Positions 18,700 to 27,615 of a stretch of 64,000 nt of DNA are shown here, one piece after another. The number at the start of each line of letters is the position of its first letter. Position 1 is the stretch's first letter. Origin of the DNA: a virus; IMG/VR virus record IMGVR_UViG_3300014656_000015. One strand, 5' to 3'. A program made the position numbers and the translations under genes. The notes below the pieces were generated by a model. That model did no database searches. It worked only from the letters and a program-made list of their open reading frames with translations, and was not told the origin of the DNA.

Positions 18700-18778
18700 T
18701 GTGTGGAAGCAGTGCTCACCTCCCCCATAGCCAGGGGTGTCCCCCTTTGAAGCGGAGCGCTGCTTCCACATCTCTTAC
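18700..18778 (+). ncRNA. candidate hairpin sRNA with a C-rich, anti-SD-like loop
   Basis: Follows TATAAG (18691); 16-bp stem TGTGGAAGCAGTGCTC/GAGCGCTGCTTCCACA; loop begins ACCTCCCCCAT. Confidence 0.55.
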
Positions 18779-18780
18779 CT

Positions 18781-18886
18781 GGCTAAAAGAAGGGCCCCGG
18801 GGATGAGCCGGGGCCGGATGGAAAGGAGGGGGGACCGGCGCGGGAGGGGACTGCGCCGAGTCCCCTGGTAGAGTAAACGAAGCCTA
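18781..18886 (-). ncRNA. candidate anti-RBS sRNA or 3'UTR-derived RNA
   Basis: Contains CCTCCTTTCCAT between hairpins; ends in hairpin+TTCTTTTAGC. Confidence 0.45.
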
Positions 18887-19489
18887 TCACGGGTCCCGGC
18901 GTTGCGCCAGGGCCCGCGCAACGGGTGCGTAGCTCCGACGATGTTGCGGGGAGGCCCCGTAGGCCTGGAGCGCCACGAGGTGGGTCGGCGTGCCGTAGCC
19001 CATGTTGGTCTCAAAGCCGTAGGGCTCGTAGGTGGGATCCGCGGCGAGACGTCGCATCATGGAGTCCCGGGCCACCTTGGCCAGCACACTGGCCGCAGCA
19101 ATGCTGGGGACCGCAGTGTCCCCATTCACGATGCAGCGTTGCCGCAGCTTCGGAATGCCACGAAAGGGCCGAGCCCCGTCAACATAGAGCTTGGCGTCTG
19201 GGAACCGCTCCCAGCACCGGGAGACCAGGTGGACCCCGAGCCAGGACCATGCCTGATCCACCCCGAGCCGGTCCAGCAGCCTGGGGCCGGTGGCGGCCAG
19301 GCACCAGTACTTGGCCTCAGCCACGATCCGAGGCACGACAGCTTCCCGCTGCTCCGCGCTCATCTTCTTGGAATCCCGGACCGCCTCGATCCGTTGATCC
19401 ACATCCAGGATCACGGCCCCCATCACCAGGGGGCCGGCAAGGGCCCCGTTCCCCACCTCGTCAACCCCGAGCACGAGGTATGTACTCAT
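18887..19489 (-). CDS. rnhB: ribonuclease HII
   Basis: GVDEVG, DSKK, VDG, SIAAASVLAKVARD, GYGT..H, HRRSY motifs intact. Confidence 0.95.
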   Translation of the reverse strand: MSTYLVLGVDEVGNGALAGPLVMGAVILDVDQRIEAVRDSKKMSAEQREAVVPRIVAEAKYWCLAATGPRLLDRLGVDQAWSWLGVHLVSRCWERFPDAKLYVDGARPFRGIPKLRQRCIVNGDTAVPSIAAASVLAKVARDSMMRRLAADPTYEPYGFETNMGYGTPTHLVALQAYGASPQHRRSYAPVARALAQRRDP

Positions 19490-19598
19490 CCCTCCACCTC
19501 AACTTCCACAGCCACCACTGCAGGAGGCACCTCATGCTATCACTCAACAAACGGAGCATGCCGAGCACGTAAAGCAGCTTCCAGAAAACCGTGTTCAT
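19461..19598 (-). CDS. small hydrophobic hypothetical protein
   Basis: AGGAGG RBS; fills the gap between neighbours. Confidence 0.35.
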   Translation of the reverse strand: MNTVFWKLLYVLGMLRLLSDSMRCLLQWWLWKLRWRDEYIPRARG

Positions 19599-19612
19599 CG
19601 CTTCCCTCCTAT

Positions 19613-20680
19613 CTATGTCTCGATGCTCGGCCGATACTCGTCCCGAGTCATATCCCAGGTCCACGCCACGGCATCCGACGCCGTCTGCACATCAGGAGGT
19701 ACTCGAAGCAGATACCGACGCCGGATACCGTCGTGCTCCGTCGCATCGGTAACCTCGACCGCGACCAGCGGCTCGTCATCGGGCAGCTCCAACCGATAGA
19801 GGCAGCCCCGTTCGTCACGGGACACGACCCGCGCCCCGTCCAGGACTCGCTCCAGCCCGACCCTCTCGATCATGACACGCCGAATCTCAGCGTTAGACTC
19901 ACTCAACACCTCGTCTCGGGTCAGCTCGTCGGAGCACAGGATCACCCGTTCCGGTACCCGAACCCCGTGCCAAGCGTAAACACCCCAACCATCGGGGTAA
20001 CCAATAGCCAGGGCATCGGGACAGTGAAGCCGACCGCGCTCATCGAGATGGAGCGAGGTCGGCAGTGGGGTCACCACAGCAACATCGCTGCATGGCCACC
20101 ACCACCCGATCAGCGAAGCGAGCCGGATCAACCCATCCAGCGGTGAGATGTCGATCCCGCAAACCTCACCGAAATAAATATAGAATCCAAGCCAGGGCGC
20201 ATCATGCACCCCGTAGGCAACCCAATTGACCGAGTCCCAGACCACGGCCCGAACCGAGTCCAGGACCGAGCCCCAAACCGAGTCCAGGACCGAGCCCCGA
20301 ACCGAGTCCAGGACCGAGTCCAGGACCGAGTCCAGGACCGAGGCCCGGACCGAGGCCCGGACCGAGCCCCGGACCGAGTCCAGGACCGAGGCCCGGACCG
20401 AGGCCCGGACCGAGGCCAGGACCGAGGCCAGGACCGAGGCCCGGACCGAGAAGCTACGGAGCACTACGGTACAAAGCACACCGGCCATCGGCGATGTGCT
20501 CTTCACTATCTGTGTCGGAGGCAGTAGGCCACCGGCCCGGTAGGCAGCGTTGATCGCTGGGCGAACCCGACGCAGGTCGATTCGACCGTCTCCCGTCGCT
20601 AGGCCGATCCGGGTCCAACGCTCGGCATAGACCGGCAGGAGCGCCTCCTGCTCAGAAGTCAGTGCCTCAATCCGCGACAC
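19613..20680 (-). CDS. DUF6745-like protein with SVxx tandem repeats
   Basis: LHLDERGRLHCPD...YPDGWGVYAWHGV, NAEIRRVMIE, YLLRVPP, AVAWTW motifs. Confidence 0.85.
   Translation of the reverse strand: MSRIEALTSEQEALLPVYAERWTRIGLATGDGRIDLRRVRPAINAAYRAGGLLPPTQIVKSTSPMAGVLCTVVLRSFSVRASVLASVLASVRASVRASVLDSVRGSVRASVRASVLDSVLDSVLDSVRGSVLDSVWGSVLDSVRAVVWDSVNWVAYGVHDAPWLGFYIYFGEVCGIDISPLDGLIRLASLIGWWWPCSDVAVVTPLPTSLHLDERGRLHCPDALAIGYPDGWGVYAWHGVRVPERVILCSDELTRDEVLSESNAEIRRVMIERVGLERVLDGARVVSRDERGCLYRLELPDDEPLVAVEVTDATEHDGIRRRYLLRVPPDVQTASDAVAWTWDMTRDEYRPSIET
20228..20449 (-). repeat. 12-nt tandem repeat, about 18.5 units, encoding SV(R/L/W)(A/D/G)
   Basis: Directly visible (A/C)GGACCGAG(T/G/C)CC array. 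Confidence 0.95.
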
Positions 20681-20987
20681 GACGAAGCTCCGTGGGGTGA
20701 TACTCCCGCTGCCGCACCACCCGGTACAGGCCCGGATCGAGGTCGATCCAGGCGTGCTCCTCATGCTCCAGCCGCGTTGCCTCACGCACCCGAAGCAGCA
20801 TTGCGGCCTGCGCGACGTAGAGCGCCGCCGCGATGGCGGGGACCGCATGGGCGTGCCCCGTCGCCTCGCCCTCCGCGAGAATCAGCCGGCCACGCCCGTC
20901 CGGCTCGACCTCGGTGTACTCCTCGGACATCTCGCTCTCGTCCATCCGGACAAGCAGCACGTCTCCCTGTCTCACCTGCTTCATCAT
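20667..20987 (-). CDS. conserved partner of DUF6745 proteins
   Basis: RQGDVLL, LAEGEATGHAH, HEEH, YRVVRQREY motifs; GGAAAGGAGG RBS. Confidence 0.85.
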   Translation of the reverse strand: MMKQVRQGDVLLVRMDESEMSEEYTEVEPDGRGRLILAEGEATGHAHAVPAIAAALYVAQAAMLLRVREATRLEHEEHAWIDLDPGLYRVVRQREYHPTELRRVAD

Positions 20988-22252
20988 TCCTCCTTTCCAG
21001 CCATATAGGTGTGTCCCATAGGCTTCGTCGGTAGATCCGGTCTCACGATGGTGGGCCGGCGCCATGCTGTCTTCCGCAGAGTCCGTCCCGGCCCATGGGG
21101 TTGATTCACGAAGGCACCCTTGCGTACATGGGAGTAGGCCAGCTCCCTGCCCCCTCCCTCCCCTGCCTTCCAGCTCTTCGAGACCCGATAGCTCGAGGTC
21201 AGCGTTCCACCGACCCAACGCTCCCAGTCCGTGAACTGTCTAGCGGCCTCCCGCTTCTTCATCCGCTTCCGCTGCCTCTCCGGAGCCGGAGCATGGCCCT
21301 GCCTCTTGATGATATCGGCTCCTGGCAAGGACAGGTAGAGCAACAGATTCAGCAAGAATAGCGACAGATAGGCATAGAACTGGGAGTCGAGCACGGGATG
21401 ACCGCACACGATATATGCGGAGCGGTGCGTCCGGTCCGCGTCCCGAACGCACTCCTCCCAGCCCCGGATCGTATCGCACGCCTCCTGGATCGAATGCTCG
21501 GTCATCGCGAAGTCGGAGACGGAAAAGGACCAGCCCGGGCCCTCCTCAGGATGCATGGAGGCCCCCACACTGGACAGGAGCAGAGTACGCCGGGTCCGCT
21601 CGAGATCTACCACATACTCCTCGTATTCGGAGACCAACAAGGCCTCCAAGGTGACCGCCATCCCCTGCTCCTGGTAGGCGAACGCGCCTGGCGGGAGTAG
21701 GATGCCGAAGGCCGGAAGCGGGAGTCGGATACTATCGGGGTCCGTGACCTTCAACGTTGTGTCGTGAAGCGCCGAGACCAGATCCAGACTCGGCTCGATC
21801 CAGCACGGGGTATCCGATAGCTCGAACATCTTGAAGATGAGGTAGCCTACGGACACCGAGCCCCACTCGAGACGGGACGGCCCAGAACCCCCTACTGAGC
21901 CCCGTAGCAGATCGACACAATCCAGCCCGGCCCCAGTACGCCTCCAACGATGCGTGCATAGCTGCAACAGGTGGCTCATCCCTACCGGGACCTCACCCCC
22001 GGACACCGCGAGGAGCTCCCACATCAGGAAGGCCAGGGCCGGCTTGATGAAGGGCTGTCCCTTCAACCCGACACTGTTGGCCATCCTGACCATCCAATCC
22101 CGCTCCTGTCTCGTCGGGAGCTCGCGTACCTGACGAGAGCCCAGCTCCCGGCCCTGGACATGAGCCAGCAGCTTGAGCAATTTGGGGTTGTCCGGCCCCA
22201 GGACCTCGCCGAGCTCCCCGAAATCCAATCGAATACTTCCATTCTCCTTCAT
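20984..22252 (-). CDS. hypothetical phage protein
   Basis: 422 aa; C-terminal HVRKG..NQPHGPG...WRRP motif; first gene after an ATAAG promoter. Confidence 0.75.
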   Translation of the reverse strand: MKENGSIRLDFGELGEVLGPDNPKLLKLLAHVQGRELGSRQVRELPTRQERDWMVRMANSVGLKGQPFIKPALAFLMWELLAVSGGEVPVGMSHLLQLCTHRWRRTGAGLDCVDLLRGSVGGSGPSRLEWGSVSVGYLIFKMFELSDTPCWIEPSLDLVSALHDTTLKVTDPDSIRLPLPAFGILLPPGAFAYQEQGMAVTLEALLVSEYEEYVVDLERTRRTLLLSSVGASMHPEEGPGWSFSVSDFAMTEHSIQEACDTIRGWEECVRDADRTHRSAYIVCGHPVLDSQFYAYLSLFLLNLLLYLSLPGADIIKRQGHAPAPERQRKRMKKREAARQFTDWERWVGGTLTSSYRVSKSWKAGEGGGRELAYSHVRKGAFVNQPHGPGRTLRKTAWRRPTIVRPDLPTKPMGHTYMAGKEE

Positions 22253-22257
22253 GGGTC

Positions 22258-22332
22258 ACTCCTTTCCACAGTAAGGAACCCAACTGCTTATAACGATAAG
22301 CAGCTAAGAGTTGGGCGCGAGACGCGCCCGAA
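22258..22332 (-). promoter_or_regulatory. hairpin+CTCTTAGC end fused to an ATAAG promoter and RBS
   Basis: Minus strand GGGCGCG..CGCGCCC AACTCTTAGCTGCTTATCGTTATAAG...GGAAAGGAG; same junction as 54595-54660. Confidence 0.75.
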
Positions 22333-22348
22333 GGAAGGTAGGAATGGA

Positions 22349-22624
22349 TCAGGCCGCCTGTATCCGAGCAGGCCTGCGCAGACGAATCGTGGCGGGACGC
22401 GAAAGCTCGAGGCGGGAGAGCCGGCGCAGCTCCTGGTTCCGGGCCAGCTCGGCCTCCCTGCGGAACCACTTCTCGTAGCGCTCCTGCGTCATCGTGGATC
22501 CGTCGTCCCAGTGCGGTGGCATCTCGGTCTCCCAGTAAAGCCCGCAGCGGCAGACCCCGTTATCGGCTCGTGTCCCCGGGCGATACCCTGGGCACGGCTC
22601 CTTCTTCCTCTCCTTTGTCGACAT
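22349..22624 (-). CDS. small hypothetical protein
   Basis: GGAGG RBS; MSTKERKK, Cys motif. Confidence 0.5.
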   Translation of the reverse strand: MSTKERKKEPCPGYRPGTRADNGVCRCGLYWETEMPPHWDDGSTMTQERYEKWFRREAELARNQELRRLSRLELSRPATIRLRRPARIQAA

Positions 22625-24647
22625 CGTTGTCTCCCTCCACCAGGACCCGCTCCACGATGGACCGACCCTGGCCAAGCTCGTACACCCTCCGGAACCTGGG
22701 TAGGCTCGACACGATTGTCGCGCCGTACCCCTTCTCGATCAATCTGGAATCGGCAATCACGATGACGCCGACATCGGTCTCCGACCGGATGAGGCGGCCC
22801 GCACCCTGACGCAGGGCAAGCGTGGCCATGGGCACGCTGAGATCCATGAATACGTTGCCGCCGCTCCGCTGCACCAGCTCCTGTCTCGCGTCGAAGATGG
22901 GGTCGTCGGGGACCGGGAACGGGATCTTGTCGATGAAGAGCCCGATCAGTGCGTTGCCAGGAACATCGACTCCTGTCCAGAGACTGGCCACACCCAGCAT
23001 AATGCTCCTCTCATCCTCCCGGAACCGGATCAAAAGGGTGTCCAGCGGGGCCTCCCCCTGTACCTGGACCCGTATCTCCGGGGGCAGACGTGGCACCAAT
23101 GCCTCCCGCACCACCTTCAGCCGGGACCAGCTCGTGAACAGGAGCAGGGAACGGCCGCCGCAAAGCTCGACGAGCTCGAAGCACAGATCGGCCAGGCTCT
23201 TGTTGTAGAAGTCGATGTCCTCCTTCCCCGACTTCTTACCGGGGGGCTGCGGGAACCCGGGTGGAATGTACAGCACGCCCTGATTGGACAGATCGAACGG
23301 GGACGGGACGATGAGCCGGACCACCCCGGTAGGGGGCAGGCCTAGCTCCTCAGCGATGTAGTCGAAGCTGTCCTTCACCGTCATCGTGGCCGATACGAAG
23401 CAGACACTGTGCAGGCCACGGTGGAACAGGCGACGGTTCAGGATGGGGCCCACCGCGATGGGCCTGGCCTCGAAACGGTCCCGGCGCGGGTCGGCGGAGC
23501 TCCCATCCTTCTCCTTCCAGTAGATCCAACCCAGATCCTGTTCCAGGCCCAGACTCTTCTCGAGACGGTTCCGGACCACAAGGGTGCGCTCGATACATTT
23601 CCGCACCCGCTCCACCTCCTTACGTATCCGGTCCGGATTGTCACCGATGTCCTCGACTCCGCCCTCGCTTACCTTCTGAATCCTGCTGGCAAGGACCGCT
23701 TCGACCCGGTCCACCACGGCCAGGGCCGCATCGGAGTCCTCGAACCACTCCCCCGGTGTCTTCGACACGTTCCCCGTCTTGATCAGGTCACGGGCCTGTG
23801 AATAGAGCCGGTTCCGCAGCTCCTCCAGCTCCGCCACCAGCTTGTCCTGCTCCAGCTCCCGGGCGAAACCAATGAGCGCCCGGAACGAACCATAGCTCAG
23901 GGTCCAGCCCAGCACGTTCCTGGCAATGTCGGGGAGCTCATGGGCCTCATCGAAGATGACGATGTCGTGTGCCGGCAAGTGATCCGTCGCCAGCAGGTAA
24001 AGATAGTGGTTGCATACCACAACATCAACGTTCCGGGCCCGATTCCATGCCTGCCGTGAGAAACAGCTCGTCTCGTAATGCCCGCAGGCCCGGCCCAGAC
24101 ACTCATCGCCTTGCCGGCTCACCAGTGGCCAGACCCAGGGGTTGGTGCTGAGCTCCACCATGTCGCCCGAGACTGTGGATTCGAGCCACTTCTGGATCGT
24201 CTCGAGCTCCTCGACCTCCTGCTTCCGCAACGTGACCCGACCCCGGGACACGTTGTGGCGAAGCGAGGCGTAGGCGTCCCGACACAGGTAGTTGTTCCGC
24301 CCCTTCAGAAGAGCGTAGCGAAAGTTCCACGGCAGGACGCGCTGCAAAAAGGGCAGATCCTTGTTCACGATCTGGCCCTGCAACCCCTTCGTTGCTGTGG
24401 AGATGATGGTATGGACCGTGCCCGACCTACTCGGGTCCCGCATGAATCGAATCGCGGGAACCAGGGCCGCCAGGCTCTTCCCGCTGCCAGTCGGCGCCTC
24501 ACCGACCAGGTGGGTGCCGGTCTCGAACGCATTCAGGAACGCATCGGCCAGCTCCACCTGGCCCGACCGATGTCGGTAACTGGACAGGGTCCTGGAGAGG
24601 GTGCCCCCCTCCCCGAAGACCTGCCACATCGGACTCGTTGTCTCCAT
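22560..24647 (-). CDS. dinG: DinG/YoaA-family ATP-dependent Fe-S DNA helicase
   Basis: APTGSGKS, KGRNNYLC, Fe-S cysteines, DEAH, SAT, SPFD, LFTS, QGAGRLIR motifs. Confidence 0.95.
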   Translation of the reverse strand: METTSPMWQVFGEGGTLSRTLSSYRHRSGQVELADAFLNAFETGTHLVGEAPTGSGKSLAALVPAIRFMRDPSRSGTVHTIISTATKGLQGQIVNKDLPFLQRVLPWNFRYALLKGRNNYLCRDAYASLRHNVSRGRVTLRKQEVEELETIQKWLESTVSGDMVELSTNPWVWPLVSRQGDECLGRACGHYETSCFSRQAWNRARNVDVVVCNHYLYLLATDHLPAHDIVIFDEAHELPDIARNVLGWTLSYGSFRALIGFARELEQDKLVAELEELRNRLYSQARDLIKTGNVSKTPGEWFEDSDAALAVVDRVEAVLASRIQKVSEGGVEDIGDNPDRIRKEVERVRKCIERTLVVRNRLEKSLGLEQDLGWIYWKEKDGSSADPRRDRFEARPIAVGPILNRRLFHRGLHSVCFVSATMTVKDSFDYIAEELGLPPTGVVRLIVPSPFDLSNQGVLYIPPGFPQPPGKKSGKEDIDFYNKSLADLCFELVELCGGRSLLLFTSWSRLKVVREALVPRLPPEIRVQVQGEAPLDTLLIRFREDERSIMLGVASLWTGVDVPGNALIGLFIDKIPFPVPDDPIFDARQELVQRSGGNVFMDLSVPMATLALRQGAGRLIRSETDVGVIVIADSRLIEKGYGATIVSSLPRFRRVYELGQGRSIVERVLVEGDNDVDKGEEEGAVPRVSPGDTSR

Positions 24648-24658
24648 CTCGCTTCCTC

Positions 24659-26395
24659 TCAGAGTTGTTCAATGCTGCCCAGAAGCAGGGAGTGTATGCT
24701 CCGGACCAGGAACTCTCGGTGCTGCGGCTTGCCACGCCAGGACCAGGGGCAGTGCCAGGGCAGCCGAAGGTAGAACTGGGCCCTGGACCTGATGATCAGA
24801 TCAGCCACGATGTCCGAGAGCCGGATCAGCTGACCCCCGGGATCGGACTCACACAGCTTCGGGTCGACAGAGTAGAAATCGCTACTACCCCGGTATCGAA
24901 GCAGGGACCGGGCCAGCAACACCAGGACATCGATGTGATCGATGTCGGGCACGATCCCTTGCTCCAACCCGTTGGCCTCGTCGATCCGCCCATTGATACG
25001 AAAGACGCCGGCCATGAACCGACACAGCCCCTGCGGGATACGGCCAAGGATGCGGCCCATGCATCGATCCTTGAGGGACTCCAGCAAAACGCTTGGCGTG
25101 TACTCGGAGTGTGTCTGATAATACACGATGTCGAACCCGCCCGGAGCCTTGCTTCCGGTCAGCGCCATACCGGTGACAGGCTCTGGCCTGGTCCCGAACA
25201 TCCGAACGGCCCGAGCCTCACGAGCCGGATGGGGCTCCGGACCCATGCGCCACGACAACGGGTCGTCCGGATCGATGAGCTTGGTCCGGAACCAATCCTG
25301 CAGCAGCGTGTTCGCATCGGGCTGCATCACGCACAGTGCCATGTAGGAGTGGCGCAGCGCCTCGGCCCCGACATGTCCGTAGTGATCCAGGCTGGTCCCA
25401 GACGTCCGAAAGGGATCCTGAGCCTGCTTGTTGACCTCGTAGTCATGTGACACCGGCTGGAACCGGGATCGGACCAGCTGGGCCAGCGGTGCTGTAGGAA
25501 TCCAGATGTTGGGATAGTGCGCGGCATCCAGCTCGGGCCAGAAGCAGCGATCGAACTCGAGCTGGATCATGCTGTAGAGTATCCACTCCTTCACCCTCCG
25601 CTCGATGAACACCTTGTGCGGCCAGCAAGGATCCGCAGCGCTGTCTCCGAGCAGCCGGACCAGAAGAAGCTGGAGGCTGTCCACGTATCGCACGTAGACG
25701 CTGCCTCGCTCCACCTGCTTGCCCGCCACGACGCGCTTGTTACCGGAATGTTCCTTACGCTTCCCATCCGCGTAGCTGGCCCAGAGCGTCACCAGGCTCA
25801 CAGTGGAGAGCGCCTTCCACTCCTGGTAGAGGCCCTCCAACCCGAATTTGACCTCATCCGGTATCTCTCCGTACTGGCTGTAGGGTCGGAGCAGCTCCAC
25901 CACCTTGTGCCGGATCCTCCCGGGGCCGGCCAGCAGCTCCTTGCGCCGATTCTCGGGGCATAGCGGTACCCCGCTCCGCAACGCCTCGAGCCGCTTCTCC
26001 GTGACGGCGTGGCGCGCCTGCCACCTCTCCTCAGCCGAAAGCACCCGGATCGGATCGGAACGATCCGGCTCGGGCTCCGTGGCTGGCTCCGGAGGACCCT
26101 CAACCACGTCGGGCTCAGGTACCGGGTCCTGCGGGAGGTCCGGAGTGGGCGCTGCGGCAGGCTCCGGACCCTGTTTCGCCTCGGGCCGACCCTTCTTGCC
26201 GAACAGGCCAAAAGCATCGACTATCTCCTGCAGCATGGTTTCGGGGTGCCCCGAGTAGTTTGAGCTGGCCTCGAACAGACCCTCCAGTATCCTCTGGGCC
26301 AGTTCCCGAACCTGCTCCTTGTTGAGGTCGATCGTGACTGTGAACCGTGCGGTGTGACCCGACAAGCCGCGTACACCCACCCTGTCCTCCTCCAT
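24659..26395 (-). CDS. large hypothetical protein
   Basis: About 580 aa; GGAAAGGAGG RBS before MEEDRV. Confidence 0.75.
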   Translation of the reverse strand: MEEDRVGVRGLSGHTARFTVTIDLNKEQVRELAQRILEGLFEASSNYSGHPETMLQEIVDAFGLFGKKGRPEAKQGPEPAAAPTPDLPQDPVPEPDVVEGPPEPATEPEPDRSDPIRVLSAEERWQARHAVTEKRLEALRSGVPLCPENRRKELLAGPGRIRHKVVELLRPYSQYGEIPDEVKFGLEGLYQEWKALSTVSLVTLWASYADGKRKEHSGNKRVVAGKQVERGSVYVRYVDSLQLLLVRLLGDSAADPCWPHKVFIERRVKEWILYSMIQLEFDRCFWPELDAAHYPNIWIPTAPLAQLVRSRFQPVSHDYEVNKQAQDPFRTSGTSLDHYGHVGAEALRHSYMALCVMQPDANTLLQDWFRTKLIDPDDPLSWRMGPEPHPAREARAVRMFGTRPEPVTGMALTGSKAPGGFDIVYYQTHSEYTPSVLLESLKDRCMGRILGRIPQGLCRFMAGVFRINGRIDEANGLEQGIVPDIDHIDVLVLLARSLLRYRGSSDFYSVDPKLCESDPGGQLIRLSDIVADLIIRSRAQFYLRLPWHCPWSWRGKPQHREFLVRSIHSLLLGSIEQL

Positions 26396-26396
26396 T

Positions 26397-26831
26397 TCAT
26401 CCTCCTTTCCGCACTGGTTGGTGCATCCGCTGCATCTGCCAATGCACGTCTCTTCGAAGCTCGAGCATCGCCCGATACTCCGGATTATCTGGATTCTTAC
26501 CGCGTAGATCGGTCCCCAGGAACTGAACAGCCAGGTCAAGCTCGGCCAGGAGCTGCGTCGGCAGCGAGCCCCGATGCTCCTGAAGGTCCTGGACCACACG
26601 TCTGATGCCAGTCCGGTTCCGAAGTACCCAGGTCAGGGTCCCACGAACCCTGGGTTTGATCAGGGCGCCTCCGTATCTGGCGATCACCAGGTCCAGCACA
26701 TCCTTTCGTCTGCCTGGCATGCTCATCTTGACGTAGACTCGGAGCAGCCCCCCATCATTCGTCTTCCGCTCCGTACTGACGTTGAACAGTCCCCGGGCCG
26801 CCATCAACCCTGCAAAGAAGGCTGTGTGCAC
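26397..26831 (-). CDS. LAGLIDADG-fold protein, probably nuclease-dead
   Basis: AFFAGLMAARG helix followed by the typical DVLDLVIARYGG...TWVL pattern; AGGAGG RBS. Confidence 0.55.
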   Translation of the reverse strand: MHTAFFAGLMAARGLFNVSTERKTNDGGLLRVYVKMSMPGRRKDVLDLVIARYGGALIKPRVRGTLTWVLRNRTGIRRVVQDLQEHRGSLPTQLLAELDLAVQFLGTDLRGKNPDNPEYRAMLELRRDVHWQMQRMHQPVRKGG

Positions 26832-26849
26832 AGTGCTCCTCCTGTTTTT

Positions 26850-27190
26850 TGAACCCTAGTTAGAACTCTAAAGTAGTATATTATATATTATACATACTAT
26901 ATAACACATACAGAATGATCCATGATCAGTATATCTTGATCAGCCAGCCCTGATCACAGTCAAGTAGTATATTTAGTTCTATCCTGTACATGACATGGTG
27001 CTATGGTACAAAACCCCGATATGAGGCGCGTCTAACTAGCTGAAAAGACCTAAACCGCATCGGTCAAAAGTGGCTGTTTCGCTGTCAACTCATGCAAATG
27101 CCCGATGAAAACGACAGTTGGGCCTGATCAGGTGCCTAGAGTGCTCACTGCCGTTTTCATCGGGCATTTCTACCGTCGGTGCGTGATCAA
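26850..27190. other. AT-rich intergenic region, candidate replication origin
   Basis: The most AT-rich stretch in the window; TGATCA at 26923/26937/26951; AAGTAGTATATT direct repeat; long inverted repeat. Confidence 0.5.
27096..27169. repeat. 23-bp inverted repeat (22/23 match)
   Basis: AAATGCCCGATGAAAACGACAGT ... ACTGCCGTTTTCATCGGGCATTT. Confidence 0.9.
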
Positions 27191-27198
27191 GACGGTTC

Positions 27199-27615
27199 CT
27201 ACATCGGGTCCCACCGCCTGATCACGAAGCTGTAACGTGGTCTGTCACCGGTCCGGATCACACAGTGTACATCGAACGCTGCCCGATCAAGCTCCCACCC
27301 GTCCCCACAGTGCTGTGCAGCCTCGTCCAGGTACTGCTCCCAGTTCTTGGGCGGAATCTCCTTGGGGAGGTCCCACAGCATCCGAGCCACTACCAGCTTC
27401 TTGCCATGCCTGGAGGAGCGAATCAGCTGGGCCGAGGCATCCAGCACGGTTCCGTCCGACATGAGATCCGAGAACTGCTCCTGCGTCATCTCGATCCGGA
27501 GAATCTCGGATCGGCTCCTGCAGTCGGTGACAGCCAGCACCCAGCGCTCCCTACGAGGGTAGTCCAGCTCCAGGTTGCATTCGGTTCGTATCTCCTCATC
27601 ACCTGGAAATCTCAT
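27199..27615 (-). CDS. hypothetical protein
   Basis: ATGA-coupled; GGGAGG RBS. Confidence 0.7.
   Translation of the reverse strand: MRFPGDEEIRTECNLELDYPRRERWVLAVTDCRSRSEILRIEMTQEQFSDLMSDGTVLDASAQLIRSSRHGKKLVVARMLWDLPKEIPPKNWEQYLDEAAQHCGDGWELDRAAFDVHCVIRTGDRPRYSFVIRRWDPM

Noticed and set aside
18724-18735. 12-nt identity between the sRNA loop (CCCATAGCCAGG) and the tail sheath leader at 37618-37629
   Set aside because: Same sense as the mRNA rather than antisense, and a match of this length is within chance expectation
20228-20449. Tandem repeats as a CRISPR array or DGR repeat
   Set aside because: The 12-nt units have no spacers and are in frame within a CDS; no cas or reverse transcriptase gene is present in the window
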